From the NCBI RefSeq assembly GCF_003937805.1, contig NZ_RSFA01000009.1: a DNA stretch of 24,000 nt; one strand, given 5' to 3'. Made by a program: the position numbers and the translations under genes. The stretch comes from Vibrio pectenicida (GTDB lineage: Bacteria; Pseudomonadota; Gammaproteobacteria; Enterobacterales; Vibrionaceae). Of this stretch, positions 14,517-23,357 are shown in pieces. Within the stretch, counting starts at the first letter, position 1, and every line of letters begins with the position of its first letter. The notes beneath the pieces were generated by a model. That model made no database searches and was not told the DNA's origin. It saw only the letters and a program-made list of their open reading frames with translations.

Positions 14517-16427
14517 ATGACTTTATATAAACAACTTGTCGCGGGAATGATAGCAGTATTTCTGATGCTGATGGTCTCCGTCTTCATCATCGAATTTAAC
14601 ACAACGCGAAATAGCTTGATTCAACAGCAGCGTTCAGAAATGAACAATACTATTAACACCGTTGGCCTTGCCTTAGCCCCCTACCTTGAGAGCAAAGATC
14701 AAGTCGCCGTAGAATCTGTGGTTAATGCTCTATTTGATGGCAGTACCTACTCCATTGTTCGATTGATTTTTTTAGATAATGGTGAAGAAATCATACGCTC
14801 CTATCCCGTTAAACCACTCGACGTACCGGACTGGTTCACCAATCTTAATTTATTTGAACGCATTCACGATCGCCGAGTCGTCACCAGTGGTTGGATGCAA
14901 CTCGCAGAGGTTGAGATAGTCAGCCACACTGGGGAAGCCTACGCCCAGTTGTGGAATGCCTTCTTACGGCTACTTGTTGCGTTTAGCATCATTTTTTCCA
15001 TTGGTTTATTATCGATTGCTTTTATTCTCAAGCGCGCATTACGTCCGTTATTGCTGATAGTAACCAAGATGGAACAAGTCGCTAAGAATCAATTCGGCGA
15101 CCCATTACCTATGCCAAAAACCCTAGATCTTATTGCAGTGGTTGAAGGAATAAATAGTATGTCAACGCAAGTTGAGCAGTCTTTCAAAGCTCAAGCAAAG
15201 GAAGCTCAACAACTTAGAGAACGCGCCTATATTGATCCAGTATCTGGGCTTGGTAACCGCGCTTACTACATGAACCAACTCAATGCATGGCTTGGAGAAA
15301 GTGGAGTAGGAGGCGTCGCTATCCTTGAAGCACATTTTCTTACTGAAATTTATGAGGAGAAAGGATACAAAGAAGGAGACAGTTTAGTAAAAGAACTTGC
15401 TAACCAACTCAGCGTTGCACTCAACTCATCTGAAATGACTATTGCGCGAATTTCTAATGAAGAATTTGGCTTCATTATGCCTAATATGGATGAGGGAGAA
15501 CTAAAATCGATTTCGGAGGGCATTGTTAATTATGCTCATGGGACCAATGCAGATCCGACAGGAATGGCCAAATCAAATTTAGCTCTAGGCGTGGTGTATA
15601 ACGAAAGTAATAAGAGCACCTCTGATATTCTGACGATGCTGGACAACGCTCTTGCAACCGCAAAATCTGATCCAGAAATCAATTATGGCTATGTCACTAG
15701 CGATAACTCAGAGAATCTAATGGGTAAGCAGCAGTGGAAAACACTGGTTGAAGAAGCGATGAGCAATGATTGGTTTAAATTCCGTTATCAAGCAGCTAAT
15801 GATGGCTCAGGCAAGACTTATCATCGCGAAGTTTTCTCCGCAATAGAAAGGGATGGGGAGAGGTTCAGCGCCAATCAATATATGTTTGCATTAGAACAAC
15901 TTCATGCCAGCCATATATTTGATGAGTACGTAATAGAAATCATGGTATCTCAACTTGAAAATGGCGTATTCTCAGACCCAGTCGCTATCAATATTTCTCA
16001 AAGCAGCATTGCTGAACCAAGCTTTATCCGCTGGATCGGCCAAGTCTTAGGCAAACATAAATCTGCTGCAGCTCTTTTACATTTTGAAATACCTGAAAAC
16101 TGCTTTGTCAATACACCACACCATACTGCTCTTTTCTGTAATGCCGTCAGGAGTGCAGGGGCTGATTTTGGTGTAGATAATTACGGTCGAAATTTCCAGT
16201 CTTTGGACTATATCAACGAATTCAGACCTGCTTATGTTAAAGTTGATTACTTGTATACACATCATTTAGATGATGAAAATCAGAAGTTTACCTTAACTTC
16301 CATTTCACGAACTGCACACAACCTTGGTATAAAGACCATTGCATCGCGAGTTGAAACACAAGCCCAACTTGATTTCTTGGCTGAACATTTTATCGATGTA
16401 TTCCAAGGTTTTATTGTAGATAAGTAA
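14517..16427 (+). CDS. lapD: LapD-like inner-membrane c-di-GMP receptor (periplasmic LapD_N domain, HAMP, degenerate GGDEF, degenerate EAL)
   Basis: Two TM helices flank a roughly 125-aa periplasmic domain carrying the GW loop (TSGWMQ, W126). A HAMP-like segment follows. The GGDEF-domain start is DPVSGLGNRAYY, but the signature is SNEEF rather than GG(D/E)EF. EAL-domain signatures are degenerate: EVF for EAL, DNYG for DDFG, ASRVE for EGVE; QGF is retained. Confidence 0.87.
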   Translation: MTLYKQLVAGMIAVFLMLMVSVFIIEFNTTRNSLIQQQRSEMNNTINTVGLALAPYLESKDQVAVESVVNALFDGSTYSIVRLIFLDNGEEIIRSYPVKPLDVPDWFTNLNLFERIHDRRVVTSGWMQLAEVEIVSHTGEAYAQLWNAFLRLLVAFSIIFSIGLLSIAFILKRALRPLLLIVTKMEQVAKNQFGDPLPMPKTLDLIAVVEGINSMSTQVEQSFKAQAKEAQQLRERAYIDPVSGLGNRAYYMNQLNAWLGESGVGGVAILEAHFLTEIYEEKGYKEGDSLVKELANQLSVALNSSEMTIARISNEEFGFIMPNMDEGELKSISEGIVNYAHGTNADPTGMAKSNLALGVVYNESNKSTSDILTMLDNALATAKSDPEINYGYVTSDNSENLMGKQQWKTLVEEAMSNDWFKFRYQAANDGSGKTYHREVFSAIERDGERFSANQYMFALEQLHASHIFDEYVIEIMVSQLENGVFSDPVAINISQSSIAEPSFIRWIGQVLGKHKSAAALLHFEIPENCFVNTPHHTALFCNAVRSAGADFGVDNYGRNFQSLDYINEFRPAYVKVDYLYTHHLDDENQKFTLTSISRTAHNLGIKTIASRVETQAQLDFLAEHFIDVFQGFIVDK

Positions 16428-16444
16428 CAAGGTTATAGCCGTAC

Positions 16445-18559
16445 ATGCAAGATCCTTTACTCAATTCACTCATATACATCAGTCGATATTTTGGTTTAGC
16501 TAATTCGCCTGAAGCACTAATTAATGGTTTACCATTGTCCTCAGGGAAACTAACACCATTTCTTTTCCCTCGAGCAACCGAACGTGCAGGTTTAATCGCT
16601 AAGGAAAACCGTTCTAACTTGACAGACATCTCAGAGTTAGTATTACCGGTCGTCTTACTCCTTAAGGATGGAGATGCCTGTGTATTAAACACCATTAACT
16701 TAGAGAAGCAGGAAGCTGAAATTGTGACTGGGGAATCAGGCCTAGTGCCTACTGCTGTATCATTGGAAGAACTCAATGAGCTCTATATTGGCCGTTATTT
16801 CCTAGTTAAAAAGCAGTTCCGATATGATGAACGCTCGCCCGAGATACTAAAGACCCGAGAAGGGCATTGGTTCTGGAGCACGTTGTGGCAGTCAAGAAAT
16901 ATCTACAGAGATGTATTTATTGCCTCGATACTGATTAACATGTTCGCAGTTGCTGCCCCCATGTTTACCCGCTTAGTCTATGACAAAGTTGTTCCAAATT
17001 TAGCTTTTGAAACACTTTGGGTGCTGGCTAGCGGTATCTTTGCAATTTTTATATTTGAACTGACACTAAAAATTCTTCGTAGCTACTTTATCGATGTCGC
17101 TGGCAAGAAATCTGACATTTTAATCTCATCAAAAATATTTAGTAAAGTACTAGGAATTCGAATGGAAGCAAGGCCTCCATCTGTTGGCGCTTTTGCTAAA
17201 CATTTACAAGAATTCGAATCAATTCGAGAATTTTTTGCTTCCGCGACAATTGGCTCCTTAATAGATTTACCATTCGCTCTTCTATTTCTTTTATTAATCT
17301 GGTTGATGGCAGGCAGCTTAGTCATTATACCGATTATAGGTGTATTGATTTTAGTGATTTACTCAATAATCATACAAGGGCCACTGAAACGTTCCATTGA
17401 AGAAGGCTCACGTTTAGCATCACAAAAATATGCCAATCTCATTGAGAGCTTATCTGGCCTAGAAACTCTCAAACTTTTCGGTGCACAAAGCCAATTTCAA
17501 TATAAATGGGAAGAAGCTGTTGCTCATATGTCCAAATGGAGTATTAAAAGCAAACGTATTACAGATGGAATCCACAATACCGCCGGCTTTGTTCAACAAG
17601 CATCCAACATTGGCATGATCATTCTCGGTGTCTATTTAATTGCTGATGGCGAGCTAACAATGGGCGGACTCATTGCAGCAACCATGCTTAGTAATCGTGC
17701 CATTGGCCCTATGGTTCAGCTCTCATTGCTTTCTACACGTTACAATCAAGCAAAATCCTCTTTGGCTATTATTGAACAAATCATGGCAATGCCAGATGAA
17801 CAAGAAGAAGGTAAACGTTATATACATCGCCCCATTGTTAAAGGTAAAATTGAATTAGATAAAGTTACCTTTAACTACCCAGATGCCCCTATCGCTTCAA
17901 TACGAGATTTAAGTCTCACAATCAATCCCGGTGAAAAAGTCGCGATCATTGGCAGAATAGGATCTGGTAAAACCACACTTGAGCGTCTAATACTTGGGCT
18001 TTATAAACCTACTGAAGGCCATGTTCGTATCGATGACACTGATATCCAGCAACTGCACCATATCGATATCAGGCGTAATATCGGCTGTGTGCCTCAAGAC
18101 AGTCAGCTGTTTTATGGGTCCATACGAGACAATATCACGCTTGGACGACCTCTCGCCGACGACCGAGATATTATGGATGCAGCCAATCGTGCTGGAGTCA
18201 CTGTCTTTACTCAACAAGATCCAGCAGGATTGGAACGACAAGTTGGCGAGGGAGGTTTACTTCTTTCTGGAGGTCAGCGCCAGGCAGTTACTATCGCACG
18301 TGCATTTTTACATAGACCACCTGTTTTACTGATGGACGAACCTACCAGTGCAATGGATAATCGCTCTGAGATGCAAATTAAACAGCAACTTTCTCAGCTA
18401 AAAAAATCTGAAACTTTGGTTTTGATAACCCATAAAACGTCCATGTTGGAAGTGGTTGATCGAATAATAGTTATGGAAAAAGGCACTATTATTACCGATG
18501 GTCCAAAAGCTGAAGTTCTCAATAACCTTAGGCAAGGCAACATTCGCGCTGTAAATTAG
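16445..18559 (+). CDS. lapB: Type I secretion ABC transporter (ATPase/permease) with N-terminal C39-like domain, LapB/HlyB-type
   Basis: The N-terminal ~130 aa resemble a C39 peptidase-like domain but lack a catalytic Cys near the N-terminus. A six-helix ABC membrane domain follows. Walker A GRIGSGKTT, signature LSGGQRQ, Walker B LLMDEPTS, H-loop ITHK. Confidence 0.92.
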   Translation: MQDPLLNSLIYISRYFGLANSPEALINGLPLSSGKLTPFLFPRATERAGLIAKENRSNLTDISELVLPVVLLLKDGDACVLNTINLEKQEAEIVTGESGLVPTAVSLEELNELYIGRYFLVKKQFRYDERSPEILKTREGHWFWSTLWQSRNIYRDVFIASILINMFAVAAPMFTRLVYDKVVPNLAFETLWVLASGIFAIFIFELTLKILRSYFIDVAGKKSDILISSKIFSKVLGIRMEARPPSVGAFAKHLQEFESIREFFASATIGSLIDLPFALLFLLLIWLMAGSLVIIPIIGVLILVIYSIIIQGPLKRSIEEGSRLASQKYANLIESLSGLETLKLFGAQSQFQYKWEEAVAHMSKWSIKSKRITDGIHNTAGFVQQASNIGMIILGVYLIADGELTMGGLIAATMLSNRAIGPMVQLSLLSTRYNQAKSSLAIIEQIMAMPDEQEEGKRYIHRPIVKGKIELDKVTFNYPDAPIASIRDLSLTINPGEKVAIIGRIGSGKTTLERLILGLYKPTEGHVRIDDTDIQQLHHIDIRRNIGCVPQDSQLFYGSIRDNITLGRPLADDRDIMDAANRAGVTVFTQQDPAGLERQVGEGGLLLSGGQRQAVTIARAFLHRPPVLLMDEPTSAMDNRSEMQIKQQLSQLKKSETLVLITHKTSMLEVVDRIIVMEKGTIITDGPKAEVLNNLRQGNIRAVN

Positions 18560-18595
18560 TTAGATAAACCGATCAATTTGAGTAGCGGGTGTTTA

Positions 18596-18639
18596 CAAAA
18601 ATAGGTTCAGCATCAATGTGTTGTTTAACGTGCTGAACC
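18596..18639 (-). terminator. Rho-independent terminator candidate for ribA (shared hairpin between convergent lapB and ribA)
   Basis: 9-bp arms ggttcagca (18604-18612) / tgctgaacc (18631-18639) with an 18-nt loop. On the minus strand the hairpin is followed by TATTTTTG. The plus-strand tail is only weakly T-rich. Confidence 0.55.
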
Positions 18640-18653
18640 CTTAATACCTCTTC

Positions 18654-19250
18654 TTACACTGTCAGTGAGTGATTTCCATGACATACTTTTGCTTTGAGGT
18701 AATTTTCATTTCCATCTTTAACGTGAGCAGATGTATTTACAACCTCAATAATCTCAATACCGTAATTAGATAGTTCACTGATTTTTTTAGGGTTATTTGT
18801 CACTAGTCGAACCTGAGTAATACCAAGTGCATTTAACATCTGGGCAGCCTCAGTGAAATCACGTAAATCATCATCAAAGCCTAGATGATTATTTGCCTCA
18901 TAGGTATTCATGCCTTGGCTTTGTAAGCGATAAGCATCAATTTTATTATATAAGCCGATACCACGCCCTTCTTGGCGCAAATACAGGATAATACCGCCCG
19001 ACTCTCCCATACGATTGATTGTTTCTTCAAGCTGCTCCCCACAATCACATCGAGAAGAGTGAAACACATCACCAGTAAGGCATTCAGAATGCATACGTAC
19101 TAAAGGCACAGCCTGTATCTTGTCGGCTTGTTTAAAGATGACGGCTACATGCTCTTTATCTGTCTTAAGGCCATGAAAAGATAATATTTCCGCATCAATA
19201 TTACTTTCTAGCCCGACCTTAAAATCTACTCGTGTACGTACTTTAGACAT
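18654..19250 (-). CDS. ribA: GTP cyclohydrolase II (riboflavin biosynthesis), monofunctional
   Basis: Collinear with E. coli RibA: [24 protein letters not shown] (zinc Cys cluster), [45 protein letters not shown] 19250 (MSKVRTR) is preferred over the track start at 19277. Confidence 0.93.
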   Translation of the reverse strand: MSKVRTRVDFKVGLESNIDAEILSFHGLKTDKEHVAVIFKQADKIQAVPLVRMHSECLTGDVFHSSRCDCGEQLEETINRMGESGGIILYLRQEGRGIGLYNKIDAYRLQSQGMNTYEANNHLGFDDDLRDFTEAAQMLNALGITQVRLVTNNPKKISELSNYGIEIIEVVNTSAHVKDGNENYLKAKVCHGNHSLTV

Positions 19251-19590
19251 ATGTATACTCACTTTCATGTTTAACATAATTGACTACCACACTCCCTTAT
19301 CAATAAAGCTTTCAGGGCTGTAATAATACTTCTATTTATAATTGTCATTATTAAGACTAGGAGAATACCATCAAAATACAAAACTTGTTTCATATTAAAA
19401 AATCGATTACATTGTGAATATTTTTTGTTAAAAAATAAACATCTTAAATAACAATCAATTCGAGTAAATCTAATATCCTAGTTTAAATGTTACTTCCGTC
19501 ACATAAACTGCAGCTGCTCACAGCACTTAGAAGGAAGAATAAATGAAGATTTTCCAGAGCAATTTGTGGCTATCAAGAAAAGACAAATAT

Positions 19591-19626
19591 AAAAACGTAC
19601 ACACTATCGTCAGTAGTGTGTACGTT
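19591..19626 (-). terminator. Rho-independent terminator of chiA
   Basis: Perfect 12-bp stem aacgtacacact (19594-19605) / agtgtgtacgtt (19615-19626) with a 9-nt loop. On the minus strand it is followed by a T run (complement of the A run starting at 19591, whose last two A overlap the stem base). It lies about 95 nt downstream of the chiA stop. Confidence 0.72.
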
Positions 19627-19721
19627 GGGACTCTCCATGGGGATGGTGAATTATCGCAAAAAAATAACTGTTTATTTCAATGAAGATCTTCGTATTTATC
19701 TTAAAACCTGCGGCATACTAA

Positions 19722-22259
19722 TTAGTTAATTGAACAGTTAGCTGGACCAATGTCCTCCCACACGCCCCAAGGGCCAGATTGCGAAGGGTTATCTCCTTTT
19801 GTCCACCATCTTGCTTGCCACTCTCTTCTATCCCAAGTCACTTTATCACCACTGTTGTAAATACTATTGGCATCCCAGGCGTTGTCACATTGCCCTCCTC
19901 CAGAACCTTTCTTGTCTACAACGATAGTTACAGATGCTAAAGAACTGGCTTTAAGATCACTGACACTCACAGTAAATAATAAAGAGGTATCTTGATTATA
20001 TTCAGAAGCAATGAAACTTACCCGCGCACCATCAATGTCCACTTTCAAACCAGATGGAATATCCCAGTTATAAGTTAATGGATCATTATCTGCATCAGTC
20101 GAACCAGACGCATCAACAACCACTACCTCGCCAGCTTTCACTCTATCTGGAGCCGATACTCTCGCAATAGGTGCTGAATTCCCTGGCTTTACATCTTTAG
20201 GTTGTACCGTCACGACAACAACATCTGTCCCCGTAGCGCCATCATTATCCGTTACCTTCAGATTGAAAGTTAGCTTTTCAACTTTTGGCACCTCTGAAAC
20301 ACTGAAAGTCACTTTAGATGTGTTCGCACCTGTGAGTGAAACTGGTATTCCTGCAACCTGCTCCCATTGGTAACTTACAATAGTGCCATCAAGGTCACTG
20401 GAACGAGAACCATCCATATTGATAGACGCAGATCCAATTACCGTAACATCAGGTCCTGCATTGGCCATTGGCGCTCGGTTAACCGGCGTCCCACCAGCCA
20501 AACCTTCATGCATGGCATTAAGTATATCGCCATTATCAGCATCGATTTCCCACGAAAATAAACCTGCCAAGCCTAAGCTACGAACGTAAGCTCCCTTAAC
20601 TTTTACCGAGCGGTCATCGTCAAAGGTAACCAATTGACCAGTACTAGGATTCCAAACCCAAGGTGCTTCAGCTTGGCTATCATAACCATATTCAAAGCCA
20701 TTAACGCCCGTTTTATTTGGCCCAAGCATATAAGTTTTGACACCTTTATAATCAATCACACCAGCTTCCCAAATACCTTGCTGTGTTGAGCCTTTAAGTT
20801 TACCCGTTGCTGTGCCTGTCATAGGGTCATTTGGATCAGTTAAGGTCTCTGGCGTGACACCTTCCCAGCCGCGCCCATACATAGCGGTACCAAGCACCAA
20901 TTTATTTGCCGGAACACCCTGATCAATAATCAGTTTTATACCATTATCTCCTGTGTAGGCTGGACCTTTATAAGGAACGCCATCACCATCCACACCTGAA
21001 CCATCACACTGACCAGGGCGCATAAAAGTACCGCAATAAAGAGCCGTCTGATGACCAGGCACGTTGTTCCAACCACCATAAAAGTCATATGTCATAGCAA
21101 AGATGTAATCCATATACTGAACTGCTTCGGCATAATTCACATCTTCAATTTTGTCGTAACCAACGCCTATAGCGGATGTCAGCTCATAAGTCCGGCCAGA
21201 ATCTCGCTCAAGTTGATCTAGCATGATACGTAATTCGCTCATTAAATTCACATACGCAGGACCATCATTGACTGGATCGCCTAAATCAGGAGCAGCGCCG
21301 CCTCCACCAGGGAATTCCCAGTCAATATCAACGCCATCATAAAATTTCCATGTCGTTAAGAATCGCTTAACGGACGCGACAAAAATGTCTCGGTTAGCCT
21401 TAATGGTAAAATCGTAAAAGGGATCAGAGAGCGTCCAACCGCCAATGGAAGGAATAACCTTAAGCTCAGGATAACGCTGTTTAAGCGCCATCAACATAGC
21501 GTAGTTACCTTTGATGGGCGAGTTGAACGAATGCCCTGCCTGAGAAAAGCTTTTTTGATATGCAGCCCATGGATCATGAATCACCACCTCATAATCTGGT
21601 ACTCCAGTACAAGCCGTTTTTAGGGCTTGATAGCTATTACCACCGACAGATTTGAGCGATTCATTAGGTCCACATATAGGAATAAAGCCGTACAGAATGT
21701 GAGTCAAATTATGAGCAGGGATGTTATCCACCGTAAAATCGCGCCCGTATATGCCCCACTCAACAAAATATGTACCCATAACCGTATTGGGATCCAAGTT
21801 GTACTGGTTGTTATTAGGGTCAACATTCATTGGCAGGGGTTCTAAATGAATGCCATCTGTATCGGCAATAACCAAAGTCGCGGGTGAACTGGCGCTACAT
21901 CCAGATACATCACATGCCTCAACGATTAACTGATAGCGTCCCCCTTGTTCATATTTAAAGTTAGCCGTAGTTTGACTTCCTGAAATACCACCATTGGCCA
22001 CTTCAATTCCATCAAAGTAAACCTTGTATATATTTCCTGTCGTACCACTCCATTGATTAAACTTGATGCTAATATCTGCTTTTTCAAAATATTTCACCAT
22101 CTGGTTGTATCCAGAAGTCGTATCCATCGCCAGTTCAATCTTGGAGAACTGAAGATTATTCGAACCATTAACATCAATAGTTGGGGTTGTGGGCAATGCC
22201 ATTACTGAACTCGATGATGCTAAAGCGATACTCGCAGCATACAAAGTTATACGATTCAT
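19722..22259 (-). CDS. chiA: Secreted chitinase A (GH18) with ChiA N-terminal Ig-like domain, two PKD/Ig-like domains and a C-terminal ChtBD3 chitin-binding domain
   Basis: Signal peptide MNRITLYAASIALASSSSVMA. The sequence is highly similar along its length to Vibrio ChiA as I recall it: NNLQFSKIELAM.TTSGYN.MVKY, YFVEWGIYGRD.TVDN, SIGGWTLSDPFYDF. Catalytic motif DGVDIDWEFPGGGG. Two ~90-aa repeats (ANAGPDVTV...YQWEQV and SAPDRVKAG...YNWDIP). C-terminal AWDANSIYNSGDKVTW..REWQARWWTKGDNP. Start at ATG 22259, not the track's 22331. Confidence 0.95.
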   Translation of the reverse strand: MNRITLYAASIALASSSSVMALPTTPTIDVNGSNNLQFSKIELAMDTTSGYNQMVKYFEKADISIKFNQWSGTTGNIYKVYFDGIEVANGGISGSQTTANFKYEQGGRYQLIVEACDVSGCSASSPATLVIADTDGIHLEPLPMNVDPNNNQYNLDPNTVMGTYFVEWGIYGRDFTVDNIPAHNLTHILYGFIPICGPNESLKSVGGNSYQALKTACTGVPDYEVVIHDPWAAYQKSFSQAGHSFNSPIKGNYAMLMALKQRYPELKVIPSIGGWTLSDPFYDFTIKANRDIFVASVKRFLTTWKFYDGVDIDWEFPGGGGAAPDLGDPVNDGPAYVNLMSELRIMLDQLERDSGRTYELTSAIGVGYDKIEDVNYAEAVQYMDYIFAMTYDFYGGWNNVPGHQTALYCGTFMRPGQCDGSGVDGDGVPYKGPAYTGDNGIKLIIDQGVPANKLVLGTAMYGRGWEGVTPETLTDPNDPMTGTATGKLKGSTQQGIWEAGVIDYKGVKTYMLGPNKTGVNGFEYGYDSQAEAPWVWNPSTGQLVTFDDDRSVKVKGAYVRSLGLAGLFSWEIDADNGDILNAMHEGLAGGTPVNRAPMANAGPDVTVIGSASINMDGSRSSDLDGTIVSYQWEQVAGIPVSLTGANTSKVTFSVSEVPKVEKLTFNLKVTDNDGATGTDVVVVTVQPKDVKPGNSAPIARVSAPDRVKAGEVVVVDASGSTDADNDPLTYNWDIPSGLKVDIDGARVSFIASEYNQDTSLLFTVSVSDLKASSLASVTIVVDKKGSGGGQCDNAWDANSIYNSGDKVTWDRREWQARWWTKGDNPSQSGPWGVWEDIGPANCSIN

Positions 22260-22675
22260 AACTGTCTCTCTCATTCCTATGACTTTCCCTAAGGTGGGCA
22301 AGTCTTGTCTATTCTTATCAACAAAGGCCACTCAGAGGCGCGCTCTGTGATAAGTAGGCTCTATTCTTCGATTACCATCCGATGTACATATTTCCGAAGA
22401 ACCTATTTTGAGTATTTAAGAGACTTTTTTTTTGATGAAAAAAATAAACATTGTTTTCGAGGCAAGCTTAAAAATTCGCAGAGCAAATTTACTTTGTTAC
22501 ACTGTAAACTGGATATCGACCCAAATTTTATAAAATATTAGCCAAGGTTAATGTTTCAACTATTAACTATAAAAGTTAACTTTCCGTGAAATCTTATCAC
22601 TTTGACATTCATCTAATTGAAATATTCCGATTCACTAGGCAAAGTGTACGCTAACCAAAATAAGTGGATCGAGTC

Positions 22676-23323
22676 ATGAACATCAAAACAACATTCTTGG
22701 CTGCAGCAGCTCTGACGATAAGCAACATGGCTGTAGCTGACGTGACAATAACAATACCGGACACAGTTGATGTCTTGGTTGTAAATGATGATAAGCCAGA
22801 ACTGTCTGGAAGTTTTTTCTCCAAAACAAAAAAGTTAACCCTACCCGACGGAGAGAACCAAATTTTGTTCCGTTACCAGCCTTATTTCACGCAAGGTAAT
22901 GACCGTATCATCCTCGAAAGTGACCCGATTATTACAAAATTCGACGCCAGTGAAACCGAGCTTACTTTTGATATGCCAAAATACCGAGACCGACATGAAG
23001 GTGAAAAGGAAATCAAAAACTTTAAGTGGCAATTAACCACGGCTAGCGGTTCCGCTTTAGCAATAACACAAGATAAACTCGTCAAAGATGGAATGCAGAT
23101 TGGCCGAAATTTCAAGCTAGAATTAGCTGACTATAATCGCCGAGGCGGTGTTGCTGCTATAGCACCTATGGCAGCAACTGCCGTACTGCCAACCAAAAAA
23201 GTCGCAAGTGGCAACCTAGGTACAGATTCAACCGCAGAAGAAATGTTACATTTTTGGTACAAAAAAGCCGATGCAGAAACTCAATCTCGCTTTAAAGAAT
23301 TCTTGCTAAGCAACGGCTCATAA
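22676..23323 (+). CDS. yccT: UPF0319/DUF2057 family periplasmic protein (YccT-like)
   Basis: Signal peptide MNIKTTFLAAAALTISNMAVA. The overall layout and the C-terminal motif (EEMLHFWYKKADAETQSRFKEFLL) match the YccT/UPF0319 family as I recall it. ATG 22676 is preferred over GTG 22664. Confidence 0.8.
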   Translation: MNIKTTFLAAAALTISNMAVADVTITIPDTVDVLVVNDDKPELSGSFFSKTKKLTLPDGENQILFRYQPYFTQGNDRIILESDPIITKFDASETELTFDMPKYRDRHEGEKEIKNFKWQLTTASGSALAITQDKLVKDGMQIGRNFKLELADYNRRGGVAAIAPMAATAVLPTKKVASGNLGTDSTAEEMLHFWYKKADAETQSRFKEFLLSNGS

Positions 23324-23328
23324 CACTA

Positions 23329-23357
23329 AACAGCCAGTGTATTAAGCGCTGGCTGTT
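23329..23357. terminator. Hairpin between convergent yccT-like and HD-GYP genes
   Basis: Perfect 9-bp arms aacagccag (23329-23337) / ctggctgtt (23349-23357) with an 11-nt loop. The right arm overlaps the last codons of the minus-strand gene. There is no clear T-run on either side. Confidence 0.35.

Noticed and set aside
16411-16776. A 121-aa minus-strand ORF overlapping the lapD end and the lapB start. There are similar antisense ORFs inside larger genes (e.g. 13635-13946, 13293-13532, 7220-7483, 9222-9461, 17994-18332, 20367-20589).
   Set aside because: They lie wholly antisense to, or out of frame within, genes with strong family motifs. Their composition is low-complexity (Ser/Thr/Leu-rich), with no motifs or ribosome-binding sites. 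They are typical shadow ORFs.
16445-16850. Possibility that the LapB N-domain is an active C39 bacteriocin-processing peptidase (which would imply a small double-glycine peptide substrate).
   Set aside because: There is no Cys in the position of the C39 nucleophile near the N-terminus. The domain looks like the inactive C39-like domain of HlyB/LapB-type exporters, consistent with the adjacent LapG/LapD.
19543-19683. A 46-codon plus-strand ORF (MKIFQSNLWLSRKDKYKNVH...) with AGGAAG 5 nt upstream, between ribA and chiA.
   Set aside because: It runs straight through the strong chiA terminator hairpin and has no recognisable features. It is an AT-rich intergenic ORF of this length and cannot be distinguished from chance without conservation or expression data.
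22305-22541. A 78-aa ORF in the chiA / yccT-like divergent spacer.
   Set aside because: It has a TTG start without an RBS, overlaps the chiA 5' leader, and has AT-rich low-complexity content (poly-T/poly-A tract at 22426-22447). More likely promoter or leader DNA for chiA.
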